Below are positions 26,411-34,949 of a stretch of 64,000 nt of DNA, piece by piece. Position 1 is the stretch's first letter. Each line of letters begins with the position of its first letter. The notes beneath the pieces were generated by a model that worked only from the letters and a program-made list of their open reading frames with translations, did not search any database and was not told the origin of the DNA. Position numbers and translations under genes: made by a program. The DNA lies in assembly GCA_023428695.1 (NCBI GenBank), contig JAEYWY010000028.1, forward strand, positions 389,125 through 453,124, read 5' to 3'. Source of the stretch: Bacteroidota bacterium. GTDB lineage: Bacteria; Bacteroidota; Bacteroidia; Cytophagales; Cyclobacteriaceae.

Positions 26411-27409
26411 CTATCTGAATTTTGTTATGAAAAGCACTCCCGCGATCAGCGCGGCCGTTGCGGCTATTGCGCCTCGATGTACCGAAGCCCAGGTCACCGG
26501 ACTAAATGATTTCGCATCATTGGTAAATGGCCCGTGGGCACCGTGATCTCCCGGTATGGGTTCCCATAAATTGCTCTTCCTGTTTTCCGTATCGCGCTCC
26601 CCGGTCATTTGACCCTCATACCCGGTCCGGGCGAGGACACGATCTGCATACCATGGTGCGATCTTGTTTCCAATAATCGCCTTAACTGTAGGCCAGCCAA
26701 CGAAATACTCACGTCGCGGATGTCGCGAGGCGTACTCGACCAGGCGCGCTGCAACTTCTGGTTGATAAATCGTCCCCATGGGTTTAGGTTTATTCGGCAA
26801 CCGACTCTTCACAAATTCGAATTGAGTTGTATTCATAGCCGGAAGCTGAACCATGGAAATGTTCACGTTGCTTTTGTCGTGCATCAATTCGGTTCGCAGG
26901 GAGTCATAAAAACCTTCAATTGCGTGTTTTGCCGCGCAATACGCCGACTGCAGTGGAATGCCTCTGTACGCCAGAGCAGAGCCCACGAAAATGATGCTGC
27001 CTCTGTCACGGCTTCGCATTCTTTTGAGCGCGCTCAACGCACCGTACACCTGTCCCAGGTAAGTCACGTCAGTGACGCGTTTGTACTCTTCCGCCTTCAT
27101 TTCACGAACAGGGGAAAACACACTATTCATAGCGTTGTTTACCCACACGTCTATTGGTCCAAGCTTTTCCTCGGTTTCAGCGGCTGCCCTTTCAACCGCA
27201 TCGGCGTCGGCAACGTCGATCGGAAATACTAGTGCTCTCCCACCGGCATGTTCCACCTCCTTACGGGCACCCTCAAGGCCGTCAGTACCGCGTGCGATGA
27301 GGGCCACGTCACATCCTTTGCCGGCAAACTCGCGGACGATGGCTCTTCCGAGACCGGCCGACGCGCCCGTTACAACCACCACTCTGCGTTTTTGTTGATT
27401 ACTTTTCAT
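26411..27409 (-). CDS. short-chain dehydrogenase/reductase with C-terminal extension and terminal TM helix
   Basis: Start taken at MKSNQQKRRVVVVTGASAGLGRAI (27409). Contains NNAM, the YxxxK motif YCAAK, and a C-terminal GAIAATAALIAGVLFI helix. Confidence 0.85.
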   Translation of the reverse strand: MKSNQQKRRVVVVTGASAGLGRAIVREFAGKGCDVALIARGTDGLEGARKEVEHAGGRALVFPIDVADADAVERAAAETEEKLGPIDVWVNNAMNSVFSPVREMKAEEYKRVTDVTYLGQVYGALSALKRMRSRDRGSIIFVGSALAYRGIPLQSAYCAAKHAIEGFYDSLRTELMHDKSNVNISMVQLPAMNTTQFEFVKSRLPNKPKPMGTIYQPEVAARLVEYASRHPRREYFVGWPTVKAIIGNKIAPWYADRVLARTGYEGQMTGERDTENRKSNLWEPIPGDHGAHGPFTNDAKSFSPVTWASVHRGAIAATAALIAGVLFITKFR

Positions 27410-27607
27410 GATGCTGTCTGATTCTAATAGCGGTTGCGCGTAACGTGATCGATACACGCAATCGATATTTACAACGAGGTGAAAAAAGTCATACCGCCTC
27501 GGATTGACAGAGCGGGGTTCCGAAAAGTGACAAAAATGCGGGATGGATACACGCACGGCTGTACGCCTTTAGCGTGCGGGCGACATTGACGGAATGTTTA
27601 GAATTGC

Positions 27608-28564
27608 TTACAATACTTTTGAAAGGTAGCTGATCGAATCCTTCAGAGTCTGTTCCGGTTGCGGAGTCACATCACGCTCAAGATAGAAGTGGTCCACACC
27701 TGATTTTTTTGCAGCCGCTATAATGGCGGGCAGATCAAAGACACCTTTCCCCGGGTCAGCCATTTTCGGAAACAGTGGCATCCACTGAGAGGGATCACCC
27801 CCATCGCCGGAAAAACGGACTGGCTCGGAAGCGTCCTTGAGATGCATCAGTTTGAATCTTCCGGAATACTTGTTCAGATATGCAACGGGATCGGCACCCG
27901 CCGCTGTCATCCAGAAGATATCCAGCTCAAACTTCACTTTTCTGGGATCGGTTTGCGTAAGCAATGTATCCATGAGCGTCTTCCCGTCCTTTTCAATGTG
28001 TTCGTAGCCGTGGTTATGGTAGAGGAACGTGAGTCCGTGTTCAGCGAGTACTTCTCCAAATTTATTGAATTCGTCGGCAAGCTTTGTGTAGTCGCTGCGA
28101 TCGGCGGGGTTTCCAATTGCAGGTATCGCGACATAACGCGTGCCCAAAGAAGCCAGCGCCTTACTGGCTCTCTCGAGGTTGGTTCGCATCGTCACAAGGT
28201 CGAGATGCACAGACGGGGTCGTGAGCCCGTTATCCTTGAGAATCGCCTTTACCTCAGGGATGGAGTTGCCATAGAATGCATTTTGTTTTATGCCCAACAT
28301 TCCGGCGATTTGCTTCCACCCCTCCTGCGTTTCCGGCGCACTGAAATCGTACGGCCCGAAGAACTCAATTTCCCGGTATCCAAGATCAGACAGCTTTTTC
28401 ATGGTCCCTTTAAAGTCGGCCGAAACCAATCCGGGTATCGTGAACAATTGAATGCCGACCTTAGCGGAACGTTTTTTCAGGATTTGTGCGGTTGCTGACT
28501 GAGCAAGTGCGAGCCCACCCAGGGCCAGCGCAGATTGCTGAAGGAATTGTCGCCGTGACTTCAT
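27608..28564 (-). CDS. TAT-exported sugar phosphate isomerase/epimerase (xylose-isomerase-like TIM barrel)
   Basis: Start at MKSRRQFLQQSALALGGLALAQSATA (twin-arginine motif). Also has a YREIEFFGP / HNHGYEH type TIM-barrel pattern. Confidence 0.8.
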   Translation of the reverse strand: MKSRRQFLQQSALALGGLALAQSATAQILKKRSAKVGIQLFTIPGLVSADFKGTMKKLSDLGYREIEFFGPYDFSAPETQEGWKQIAGMLGIKQNAFYGNSIPEVKAILKDNGLTTPSVHLDLVTMRTNLERASKALASLGTRYVAIPAIGNPADRSDYTKLADEFNKFGEVLAEHGLTFLYHNHGYEHIEKDGKTLMDTLLTQTDPRKVKFELDIFWMTAAGADPVAYLNKYSGRFKLMHLKDASEPVRFSGDGGDPSQWMPLFPKMADPGKGVFDLPAIIAAAKKSGVDHFYLERDVTPQPEQTLKDSISYLSKVL

Positions 28565-28675
28565 GGTTCGGTTGGTTAATGCGTACAATATACACAACAA
28601 CCAGTCAGAAGCCAACCGCCAAAAAAAGGGCCGGAATCTATCCAGCCCTCTTTGCATGATTTCCAAAAGACTAAG

Positions 28676-30592
28676 CTACTTCGAAACGACTACCATGACG
28701 TCATCATATGCGCTCTTTCCCGAGCTGTCTTTAACCGTCAGGCGGAATACATAGGTTCCCGCCACGAGTTTATAGGCAATCAAATCGGATGTCGTAGCGC
28801 CACTGAGCGACGCCTGCGGACCCGAAAGTTTGGTCCACTGGTATGACTTGATGGTTCCCGTGGCCTTACCATACATTTGCGCCGTAGTTGCCGGAAGTTT
28901 CAGTTTGATATCTGAACCTGCTTTTACCGACAATGCTGTTGAGGTACCGTTAACAACCACTTTCACATCATCATAACCAGTTGCGCCTTTGTCGTCCTTG
29001 ACAGTAAGACGGAATACATACGTTCCGGCCTGCAGCGCCCACGCGGTCAACGTGGCCGTATTAGCGCCGCTGAGATTGGCGGCACCCCCGCTTACCTTTG
29101 TCCACGTATAGGATACGATCTTGCCATCCGAGTCCTTGCCACTACCATTGAGTTTGGCTGTGGTCGCTGGCAGCGTAAGTGTGACATCGCTTCCTGCCGA
29201 GGCAGTTGGGGCACTGTTAGAACCTGATGTTGAACCGGATTTGGAGACCACGACTTTCACATCATCGCTACCCGTCGCACCATCGTTGTCTTTCACAGTC
29301 AGACGGAATACATATGAACCTTCCTGAAGACCCCATGCCGTAAGCGTGGCTGTATTAGCACCGCTGAGATTCGCAACGCCACCGCTAACCTTCGTCCAGG
29401 TGTATGAAGCAATTGATCCATCAGAATCCTTGCCACTACCATTGAGTTTGGCAGTCGTTGCGGGCAGTACCAGGCTCACGTCGGAACCAGCATTTGCTGT
29501 AGGACTGGCATTATCCGTTGATGTTTTCTCCGTTGAAGAAGACGTGACCGTAACTTTTACGTAATCCGAATCGGTACCCCCGTCGTTGTCGGTAACGGTC
29601 AGACGGAACATATACGTGCCGGGGCCTACAGTCACTGATGTTGACGCGCCTGAAGCACTTGCAATTGACGCTGACGGGCCGGCCATCTTTGTCCAGCGGT
29701 ACGATTTTATTGAACCATCGCTATCGCTTCCGGAACCCGACAACGTAATCTTAGACGTGTTGCTGTAAGACTTGTCGCTTCCGGCCGATGCAGTGGGCAG
29801 GACGTTCGAGCCGTTCTTTGTATTTACTTTCGACATCATCCATTCGTAGACATTCGGATTATGGTAAGTGTGATCCGGCTTATAGGCACGATCCCAGGCG
29901 TTGTGTTTCACCCCCGGATATATTGTAAGCTTTGCCTTCGGATTCGGCGTTGGGCTACACGCATTGATGGCATTAACCATTGATGAGCTCTTACTTAGCG
30001 GCACCGTTGTATCGGCATCCCCATGGAACGCCCACACCGGCACATTCTCTTTTGCAATATTGCATGCTTTCCCGGTTGAATTATAGCCACCGCAAACCGG
30101 AGCCGACGACGCAAATAGCTGTGGGTAATCCTGCGTCATTGTCCAGGCCCCACCCCCGCCAAGGCTGAGGCCGGTGATGTGGATTCTCTTCTCGTCAACG
30201 CGGAGGGTACTCTTCGCCCAGTTAATCACCTCCATAACATACCAGGTAGGCCAGTTGCCGATACCGGTCTTGAGCTGTGGCGAAATCAATATAAAAGGAA
30301 AATTATGTCCGTCTTTTGCAAACCGCGGAGGTCCGAGATTATCTACCGAATAGATCGTTCCTTCCAGCGTTGCCGGATTTGTAGAGTTGGCTCCACGTTC
30401 TCCGACACCATGCAGGAAGATGACCAGCGGATATTTGTTCGAATTACTGTTGTAATCCTTCGGAAGATATTGGAGAAGGCCAATCACCGACTCCTTGGTT
30501 GTCTGAAATGTTTGTTGGGAATAAGACGGCGAAGCGAACGCCAGGAAGACAAGAAGACTAAGACACGACAAACCCGTTTTTACTCTCTTCAT
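28676..30592 (-). CDS. secreted esterase (PHB-depolymerase/feruloyl-esterase-like alpha/beta hydrolase) followed by four PKD/Ig-like repeats
   Basis: Start at MKRVKTGLSCLSLLVFLAFASPSYSQ (30592). Esterase blocks LVIFLHGVGERG, GLSLGGGGAW, FHGDADTTVP. Then four repeats of AGSD...SY.WTK.SG...Y.FRLTV.D..G..D..V.V. Confidence 0.85.
   Translation of the reverse strand: MKRVKTGLSCLSLLVFLAFASPSYSQQTFQTTKESVIGLLQYLPKDYNSNSNKYPLVIFLHGVGERGANSTNPATLEGTIYSVDNLGPPRFAKDGHNFPFILISPQLKTGIGNWPTWYVMEVINWAKSTLRVDEKRIHITGLSLGGGGAWTMTQDYPQLFASSAPVCGGYNSTGKACNIAKENVPVWAFHGDADTTVPLSKSSSMVNAINACSPTPNPKAKLTIYPGVKHNAWDRAYKPDHTYHNPNVYEWMMSKVNTKNGSNVLPTASAGSDKSYSNTSKITLSGSGSDSDGSIKSYRWTKMAGPSASIASASGASTSVTVGPGTYMFRLTVTDNDGGTDSDYVKVTVTSSSTEKTSTDNASPTANAGSDVSLVLPATTAKLNGSGKDSDGSIASYTWTKVSGGVANLSGANTATLTAWGLQEGSYVFRLTVKDNDGATGSDDVKVVVSKSGSTSGSNSAPTASAGSDVTLTLPATTAKLNGSGKDSDGKIVSYTWTKVSGGAANLSGANTATLTAWALQAGTYVFRLTVKDDKGATGYDDVKVVVNGTSTALSVKAGSDIKLKLPATTAQMYGKATGTIKSYQWTKLSGPQASLSGATTSDLIAYKLVAGTYVFRLTVKDSSGKSAYDDVMVVVSK
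28679..29800 (-). repeat. four in-frame tandem repeats of about 280-295 nt encoding PKD-like domains
   Basis: Long near-identical DNA stretches between copies, for example ccttgccactaccattgagtttggc at 29134-29158 and 29429-29453, and cagacggaatacata-type segments. Confidence 0.85.
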
Positions 30593-30853
30593 TAGATTAG
30601 TTTTAGTACAATCACCGGAGTGAATCAAAAAAAGTTTTTGGATTAACAGACCAACTAAGGCGCTACACGCCGTAAATCACGACGCAAATTTGAAAAAATA
30701 CTCTGGATGATTAACGCCGGAGCAGGTCCCGAAAGTACAGGATGTATGATTCTCCCTAAAGTGACTTCACCCGACGCGGCCGGCAATAAGCAACAACGTG
30801 TAATCACAAACAACGTTACAGCTACCCGCTACAAAGACAAGTTAAAACTCAGT

Positions 30854-30971
30854 CGGGATGAGTAACACATACCACCGACAAATGACCCGACTTTTCAGGG
30901 TGGACGAAAGCTTTCAATCAATGAAATACAGGCTCAACCCCTGAAAACTTTTTCAAAAACGACTCATCCCG
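30854..30971. other. nested inverted repeats: candidate structured RNA or MITE-like remnant
   Basis: Outer perfect 10-bp pair cgggatgagt (30854-30863) / actcatcccg (30962-30971). It encloses an inner perfect 9-bp pair ttttcaggg (30892-30900) / ccctgaaaa (30939-30947). The surrounding 565 bp has no ORF of 60 aa or more. Confidence 0.3.
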
Positions 30972-31092
30972 CCTGTAAGGTCCCGACAAAAAAAGAAGAA
31001 TTTTTCAGAAAGCGAACTCAGCACGACAGATATTGGTACTTCACAACGGAGTGGCTGCACTATTCCTGAATCCGGGTGCCCCGAAAATATAC

Positions 31093-31140
31093 TAACGTGT
31101 CACTCCCGAACTCTGATGAAATCCGGAAGTGAACACGTTA
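31093..31140 (-). terminator. long hairpin just downstream of the ytfJ-like gene
   Basis: Arms taacgtgtcac / gtgaacacgtta (11 bp with one bulge) and a 25-nt loop. On the minus strand it begins 18 nt after the stop at 31158 and is followed by gtatatttt. Confidence 0.5.
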
Positions 31141-31157
31141 GTCGACGGACACTACAG

Positions 31158-31520
31158 CTATACGTGGGCTGCCTCTTTACGCTCGGCCAGTTTCGACAAT
31201 AGTTCTGGCACTTTTTCAAAAGCAGCCGCCAGGCCCTTGCTTTGATGGGTGTTGATAAAGGTGATTTGATCTCCCCTTGTTACGAGAAACCCGATTGGAT
31301 CAATACCGATACCGGCACCGGCACCGCCGCCTTCACCTTTGCCTGTTTTGGGAGCATCCCCGGTACCACCACCACTGCCAAAGCCCATCCCAACACGGAC
31401 CACAGGAATACATGTGAATTCACCGAGGGTAAACGACTCCCCGATGACGGTTTCAGATCGTGCTTCTTTCTGGATGAACTCCGTCAGCCGTTGAAGCATG
31501 TTTTCAAAATTGACTTCCAT
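31158..31520 (-). CDS. GerW/YtfJ-family protein
   Basis: GESFTLGEFTCIPVVRVGMGFGSGGG...GGGAGAGIGIDPIGFLVTRGDQITFI matches the YtfJ/GerW pattern of Gly-rich loops flanked by beta strands. Confidence 0.75.
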   Translation of the reverse strand: MEVNFENMLQRLTEFIQKEARSETVIGESFTLGEFTCIPVVRVGMGFGSGGGTGDAPKTGKGEGGGAGAGIGIDPIGFLVTRGDQITFINTHQSKGLAAAFEKVPELLSKLAERKEAAHV

Positions 31521-31522
31521 AA

Positions 31523-32062
31523 TTATTTGTGTTTGAAGATGAATCTTGTGATCGGAAGTGCGAGTTTATATAAGGCAATACGAACGTCAAGCAACAGTGT
31601 AACGTCGCCATGATAATTGCTTAGTACGGTAGTCCTGTCATCATTCAGACGCAGGCCAACGGGAACCAGTATTGCATTCCAAAACATGGAGTCGGTATCC
31701 ACATTGAAATAGAACCGGCGAACAGTGACCGCGCGTAATACTGCGCGAAACAGTTTCTGCAACTCAAAACGCGATGTGCTGTAAGTTCGGCTTGTTTTAC
31801 GCGTCTTTCCAGGCGGAGACTTTTTTTGGGACTTCGATCTACCCAACTCAAAACCAAATAACATAAAACGGAATCTGGGATTGTTACCGGGAATAAATAA
31901 CACGCTGAATGTTCCCGGCTGCCAAAGGCAATAGACGTCATGACTGGAATCGAGGACCATTGTAACAGGTACGACGAGTATCCATGCCAACAACAGACAC
32001 AGCACTCCCGCCAATGCGATAATCATTGTCATGCCATTAAGGTACCTTATGATCCTGACCAC
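31523..32062 (-). CDS. membrane-anchored YtfI-like (DUF2953-like) protein
   Basis: N-terminal TM MTMIIALAGVLCLLLAWILVV, a basic linker, and a C-terminal part resembling DUF2953. Its stop is 2 nt from the ytfJ-like start, mirroring the Bacillus ytfI-ytfJ pairing. Confidence 0.5.
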   Translation of the reverse strand: MVRIIRYLNGMTMIIALAGVLCLLLAWILVVPVTMVLDSSHDVYCLWQPGTFSVLFIPGNNPRFRFMLFGFELGRSKSQKKSPPGKTRKTSRTYSTSRFELQKLFRAVLRAVTVRRFYFNVDTDSMFWNAILVPVGLRLNDDRTTVLSNYHGDVTLLLDVRIALYKLALPITRFIFKHK

Positions 32063-32283
32063 CGAAATGATTCCTGAATCGAACCAGACAGATTATCATC
32101 ACCGCTTCGAGGGAAACCGCCCCGGTCGCCTGCCAGCAACATTCGTTTTTCGTCACTAAATCATATTCCGGCATGATTTCAATTCACTTCCCCTATGACC
32201 TCTATCAGTGGCGGACGACGTGGTAAGGGTTAGCTTGTCATTGGGGTTTAAGCAGGTCGAAACGCCCCTTTAACAGAATTACC

Positions 32284-33381
32284 ATGAAAGGAACTGCCAT
32301 CAGATTGCGTTATTCTACCTATGCGATTGTAGCATTTATAGGTGGAGTCTACATTCTCAAGGCTGGAAGTTTCATCTTCATTCCATTAGTCTGGGCGGCC
32401 TTTTTTGCATTCGCTCTTCTGCCGTTAACGACCTGGTTTGAAGAAAGAAGGATTCCGCGACTTGTTTCGATAACGTTAAGCATGGTGATCGTTGCAGCAG
32501 CGTCATTCTTTATTATATACCTTTTTGCTGCTCAGCTCTCTTCGCTCCTTGAGGACATTCCCGCGATACGGGGACGGTTAAATGCATTCATTCTTGAACT
32601 AAACAAATGGGTTCATGAGAGATTCGGCCTTGAGGAACTCATAGGGCCAGGTCTGGTAGGCGCGGTCGGAGAACGAAACGTAGGCAGTGTGGTCAGGTTT
32701 ACCACGCTTACACTCACATCCGCAAGCCTCATACCGGTGTTTATATTTCTCTTCCTGTACTATCAGGACTTCTTCCGCGAGTTCATCATTCGGCTGATGG
32801 TGAAGAACAATGCTGCGTTCCTTGACTGGCTTAAGGAAGCGATCCAGATTGTTCGAAAGTACTTCACCGGAATGCTTCTCGTGACGATCATCGTGTCTGC
32901 AGTTGCGAGCTCAATGTTCTTTTTCATGGGATTGAAATATTACCTCCTTTTCGGTCTCTTCACTGCGGTTTGCAACCTGATCCCATACGTCGGAGTCATA
33001 CTGGGATCAATCATTACTATCATTTATGTGCTTTTGTCAACAGACCAGTTATGGTATCCTTTGTTGACATTGTTTCTCCTCTGGTTTCTGCAGGTAATCG
33101 AAAACAACCTGATAACACCCGTCGTTGTCGGGGCCAAAATAAAGCTCAATCCGCTAGCCGTGATTGTTGCCATTGTAACCGGCGGAGCCTTATGGGGAAT
33201 CTCAGGGATGATCCTGTTTATTCCGATTCTCGGTACGATAAAGATTTTCCTGGACAAGAGTGAAAGTCTCAAGCCATACTCTTATCTGCTGGGTGACGAC
33301 ATCCCGGTAGTTGAATCACGTGAAAATCTCTTCGCATACCTGCGAAAACGCTGGACAACTAAAAAACAAGATTCACCGTGA
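32284..33381 (+). CDS. AI-2E (PerM/UPF0118) family transporter
   Basis: About 8 TM helices. Contains NLIPYVGVILGSIITIIY and ENNLITPVVVGAKIKLNPLAVIVAIVTGGALWGISGMILFIPILG. Confidence 0.85.
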   Translation: MKGTAIRLRYSTYAIVAFIGGVYILKAGSFIFIPLVWAAFFAFALLPLTTWFEERRIPRLVSITLSMVIVAAASFFIIYLFAAQLSSLLEDIPAIRGRLNAFILELNKWVHERFGLEELIGPGLVGAVGERNVGSVVRFTTLTLTSASLIPVFIFLFLYYQDFFREFIIRLMVKNNAAFLDWLKEAIQIVRKYFTGMLLVTIIVSAVASSMFFFMGLKYYLLFGLFTAVCNLIPYVGVILGSIITIIYVLLSTDQLWYPLLTLFLLWFLQVIENNLITPVVVGAKIKLNPLAVIVAIVTGGALWGISGMILFIPILGTIKIFLDKSESLKPYSYLLGDDIPVVESRENLFAYLRKRWTTKKQDSP

Positions 33382-34196
33382 AAACGAACGATCCAATATC
33401 GACCACACAGAAGCAGACGGGCCCGGCTCCGTTGCGGCGTTTGAACCGCGGTTTCTTCAACTATGTCGGCAACATGGCCAGCTTCACAGGTCGCTTTTTT
33501 TCAGAAGTATCCGGGCCTGGACAGGAAGTTCAGGAGTTCATCCGACAGTGTTTTCAAATCGGATACAAGTCACTTCCACTTGTGGGAGTTACCGCACTCA
33601 TCATGGGGCTGGTACTCACGATTCAAAGCAGGCCGACACTGGCTGAATTTGGGGCGGCGTCATTGCTCCCATCAATGGTGGCGGTTTCGCTTGTGCGCGA
33701 AATATCACCCGTAATAACGGGACTGATATGCGCCGGAAAGATCGGATCCGGAATTGGCGCCGAACTCGGTTCGATGAAGGTAACCGAACAGATCGACGCT
33801 ATGGAAGTGTCCGGAACAAATCCGTTCCGGTACCTCGTCGTAACGCGGGTGCTTGCCACAACGATTATGTTGCCTATCCTCTCAAGTGTCAGTAACGCAA
33901 TCGCGCTTTATGGAGGCTATCTCGGTGTAAACATCCGCGGTGCTGTGAGCTGGAATCTTTATTGGACCCAGGTTTTTGATGCACTTGCTTTTGGCGATGT
34001 GATCCCTGCACTGATCAAGACGTTCTTCTTTGGATTTGCAATCGGCATAACCGGATGTTTCATGGGATTCACATCTGAAAAGGGAACTGAAGGTGTAGGG
34101 CGATCCGCAAATACAGCGGTGGTTGTCGCATCGCTGCTAATTTTCATCATTGACCTTTTGGCCGTGCAAATAACTGACCTGCTTGAACTGACATGA
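33378..34196 (+). CDS. mlaE: MlaE-family ABC transporter permease
   Basis: GTG start overlaps the upstream stop (GTGA). Contains QCFQIGYKSLPLV, GAELGSMKVTEQIDAMEVSGTNPFRYLVVTRVLA. Confidence 0.85.
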   Translation: MKTNDPISTTQKQTGPAPLRRLNRGFFNYVGNMASFTGRFFSEVSGPGQEVQEFIRQCFQIGYKSLPLVGVTALIMGLVLTIQSRPTLAEFGAASLLPSMVAVSLVREISPVITGLICAGKIGSGIGAELGSMKVTEQIDAMEVSGTNPFRYLVVTRVLATTIMLPILSSVSNAIALYGGYLGVNIRGAVSWNLYWTQVFDALAFGDVIPALIKTFFFGFAIGITGCFMGFTSEKGTEGVGRSANTAVVVASLLIFIIDLLAVQITDLLELT

Positions 34197-34197
34197 C

Positions 34198-34932
34198 ATG
34201 GACAACGCTGTAATCCAGGTGGAGAAACTTTGCAAGTCATTTGGTGATAACCACGTGCTGCGAGACTTCTCCGTCTCTGTGAATGAGGGCGAAAATGTTG
34301 CCGTACTCGGCAAATCGGGCTCCGGCAAGTCGGTATTGATCAAGTGCATTATCCGTCTTATCGAAGCGGACTCCGGGAATATCACAGTACTCGACCAAAA
34401 CATCAGATCCCTTTCGCGGCAGGAGCTTGACAAAATTCGGATTAATATCGGTTTCCTCTTCCAGAGCAATGCACTGTATGACTCGATGACTGTCCGGGAA
34501 AACCTCGAGTTCTCACTCAGACGACACTGGACGAAAGAACAACGCAGGGAGCAGGCAGAGCAGGCGATTCAGGAAGCACTTGAGGATGTCGGTCTGCAAC
34601 ACACAATTAACATGATGCCTGCCGAATTATCGGGAGGCATGAAGAAACGGATCGCACTGGCCAGAACGCTTATCCTGAGACCATCGATCATCCTTTATGA
34701 CGAACCCACGACAGGCCTTGATCCAATCACAGCACGCGAGATCAGTCAGCTGATTGTAAGTGTACGTGAGAAGTACAACACGTCTTCGTTGATCATCTCA
34801 CACGACATGTCATGCATCAGGATTACGGCAAAGCGGATAGTCATGCTTATTGATGGCAAATGCTATGCAGATGATTCGTACGATGTTTTGTCCAGGTCGC
34901 ACGATTCCAGGATCCGTGAGTTTTTTGAATAA
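34198..34932 (+). CDS. mlaF: MlaF-like ABC transporter ATP-binding protein
   Basis: Walker A GKSGSGKS, signature LSGGMKKR, Walker B ILYDEPTTGLD. Confidence 0.9.
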   Translation: MDNAVIQVEKLCKSFGDNHVLRDFSVSVNEGENVAVLGKSGSGKSVLIKCIIRLIEADSGNITVLDQNIRSLSRQELDKIRINIGFLFQSNALYDSMTVRENLEFSLRRHWTKEQRREQAEQAIQEALEDVGLQHTINMMPAELSGGMKKRIALARTLILRPSIILYDEPTTGLDPITAREISQLIVSVREKYNTSSLIISHDMSCIRITAKRIVMLIDGKCYADDSYDVLSRSHDSRIREFFE

Positions 34933-34949
34933 CGTCTAAACCAACGCTA

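Noticed and set aside
28679-29800. Regularly spaced DNA repeats that might suggest a CRISPR array or a DGR variable region.
   Set aside because: The period is about 290 nt, and the repeats are in frame inside one long ORF encoding PKD-like domains. There are no short repeat/spacer units, no cas genes and no reverse transcriptase in the window.
30700-30760. Possible SRP RNA, 6S RNA or another known housekeeping RNA in the long spacer (for example gagcaggtcccgaaagtacagg).
   Set aside because: I could not find the conserved SRP domain IV motif or any other hallmark I know. Only the nested-repeat element is reported, as an unclassified candidate.
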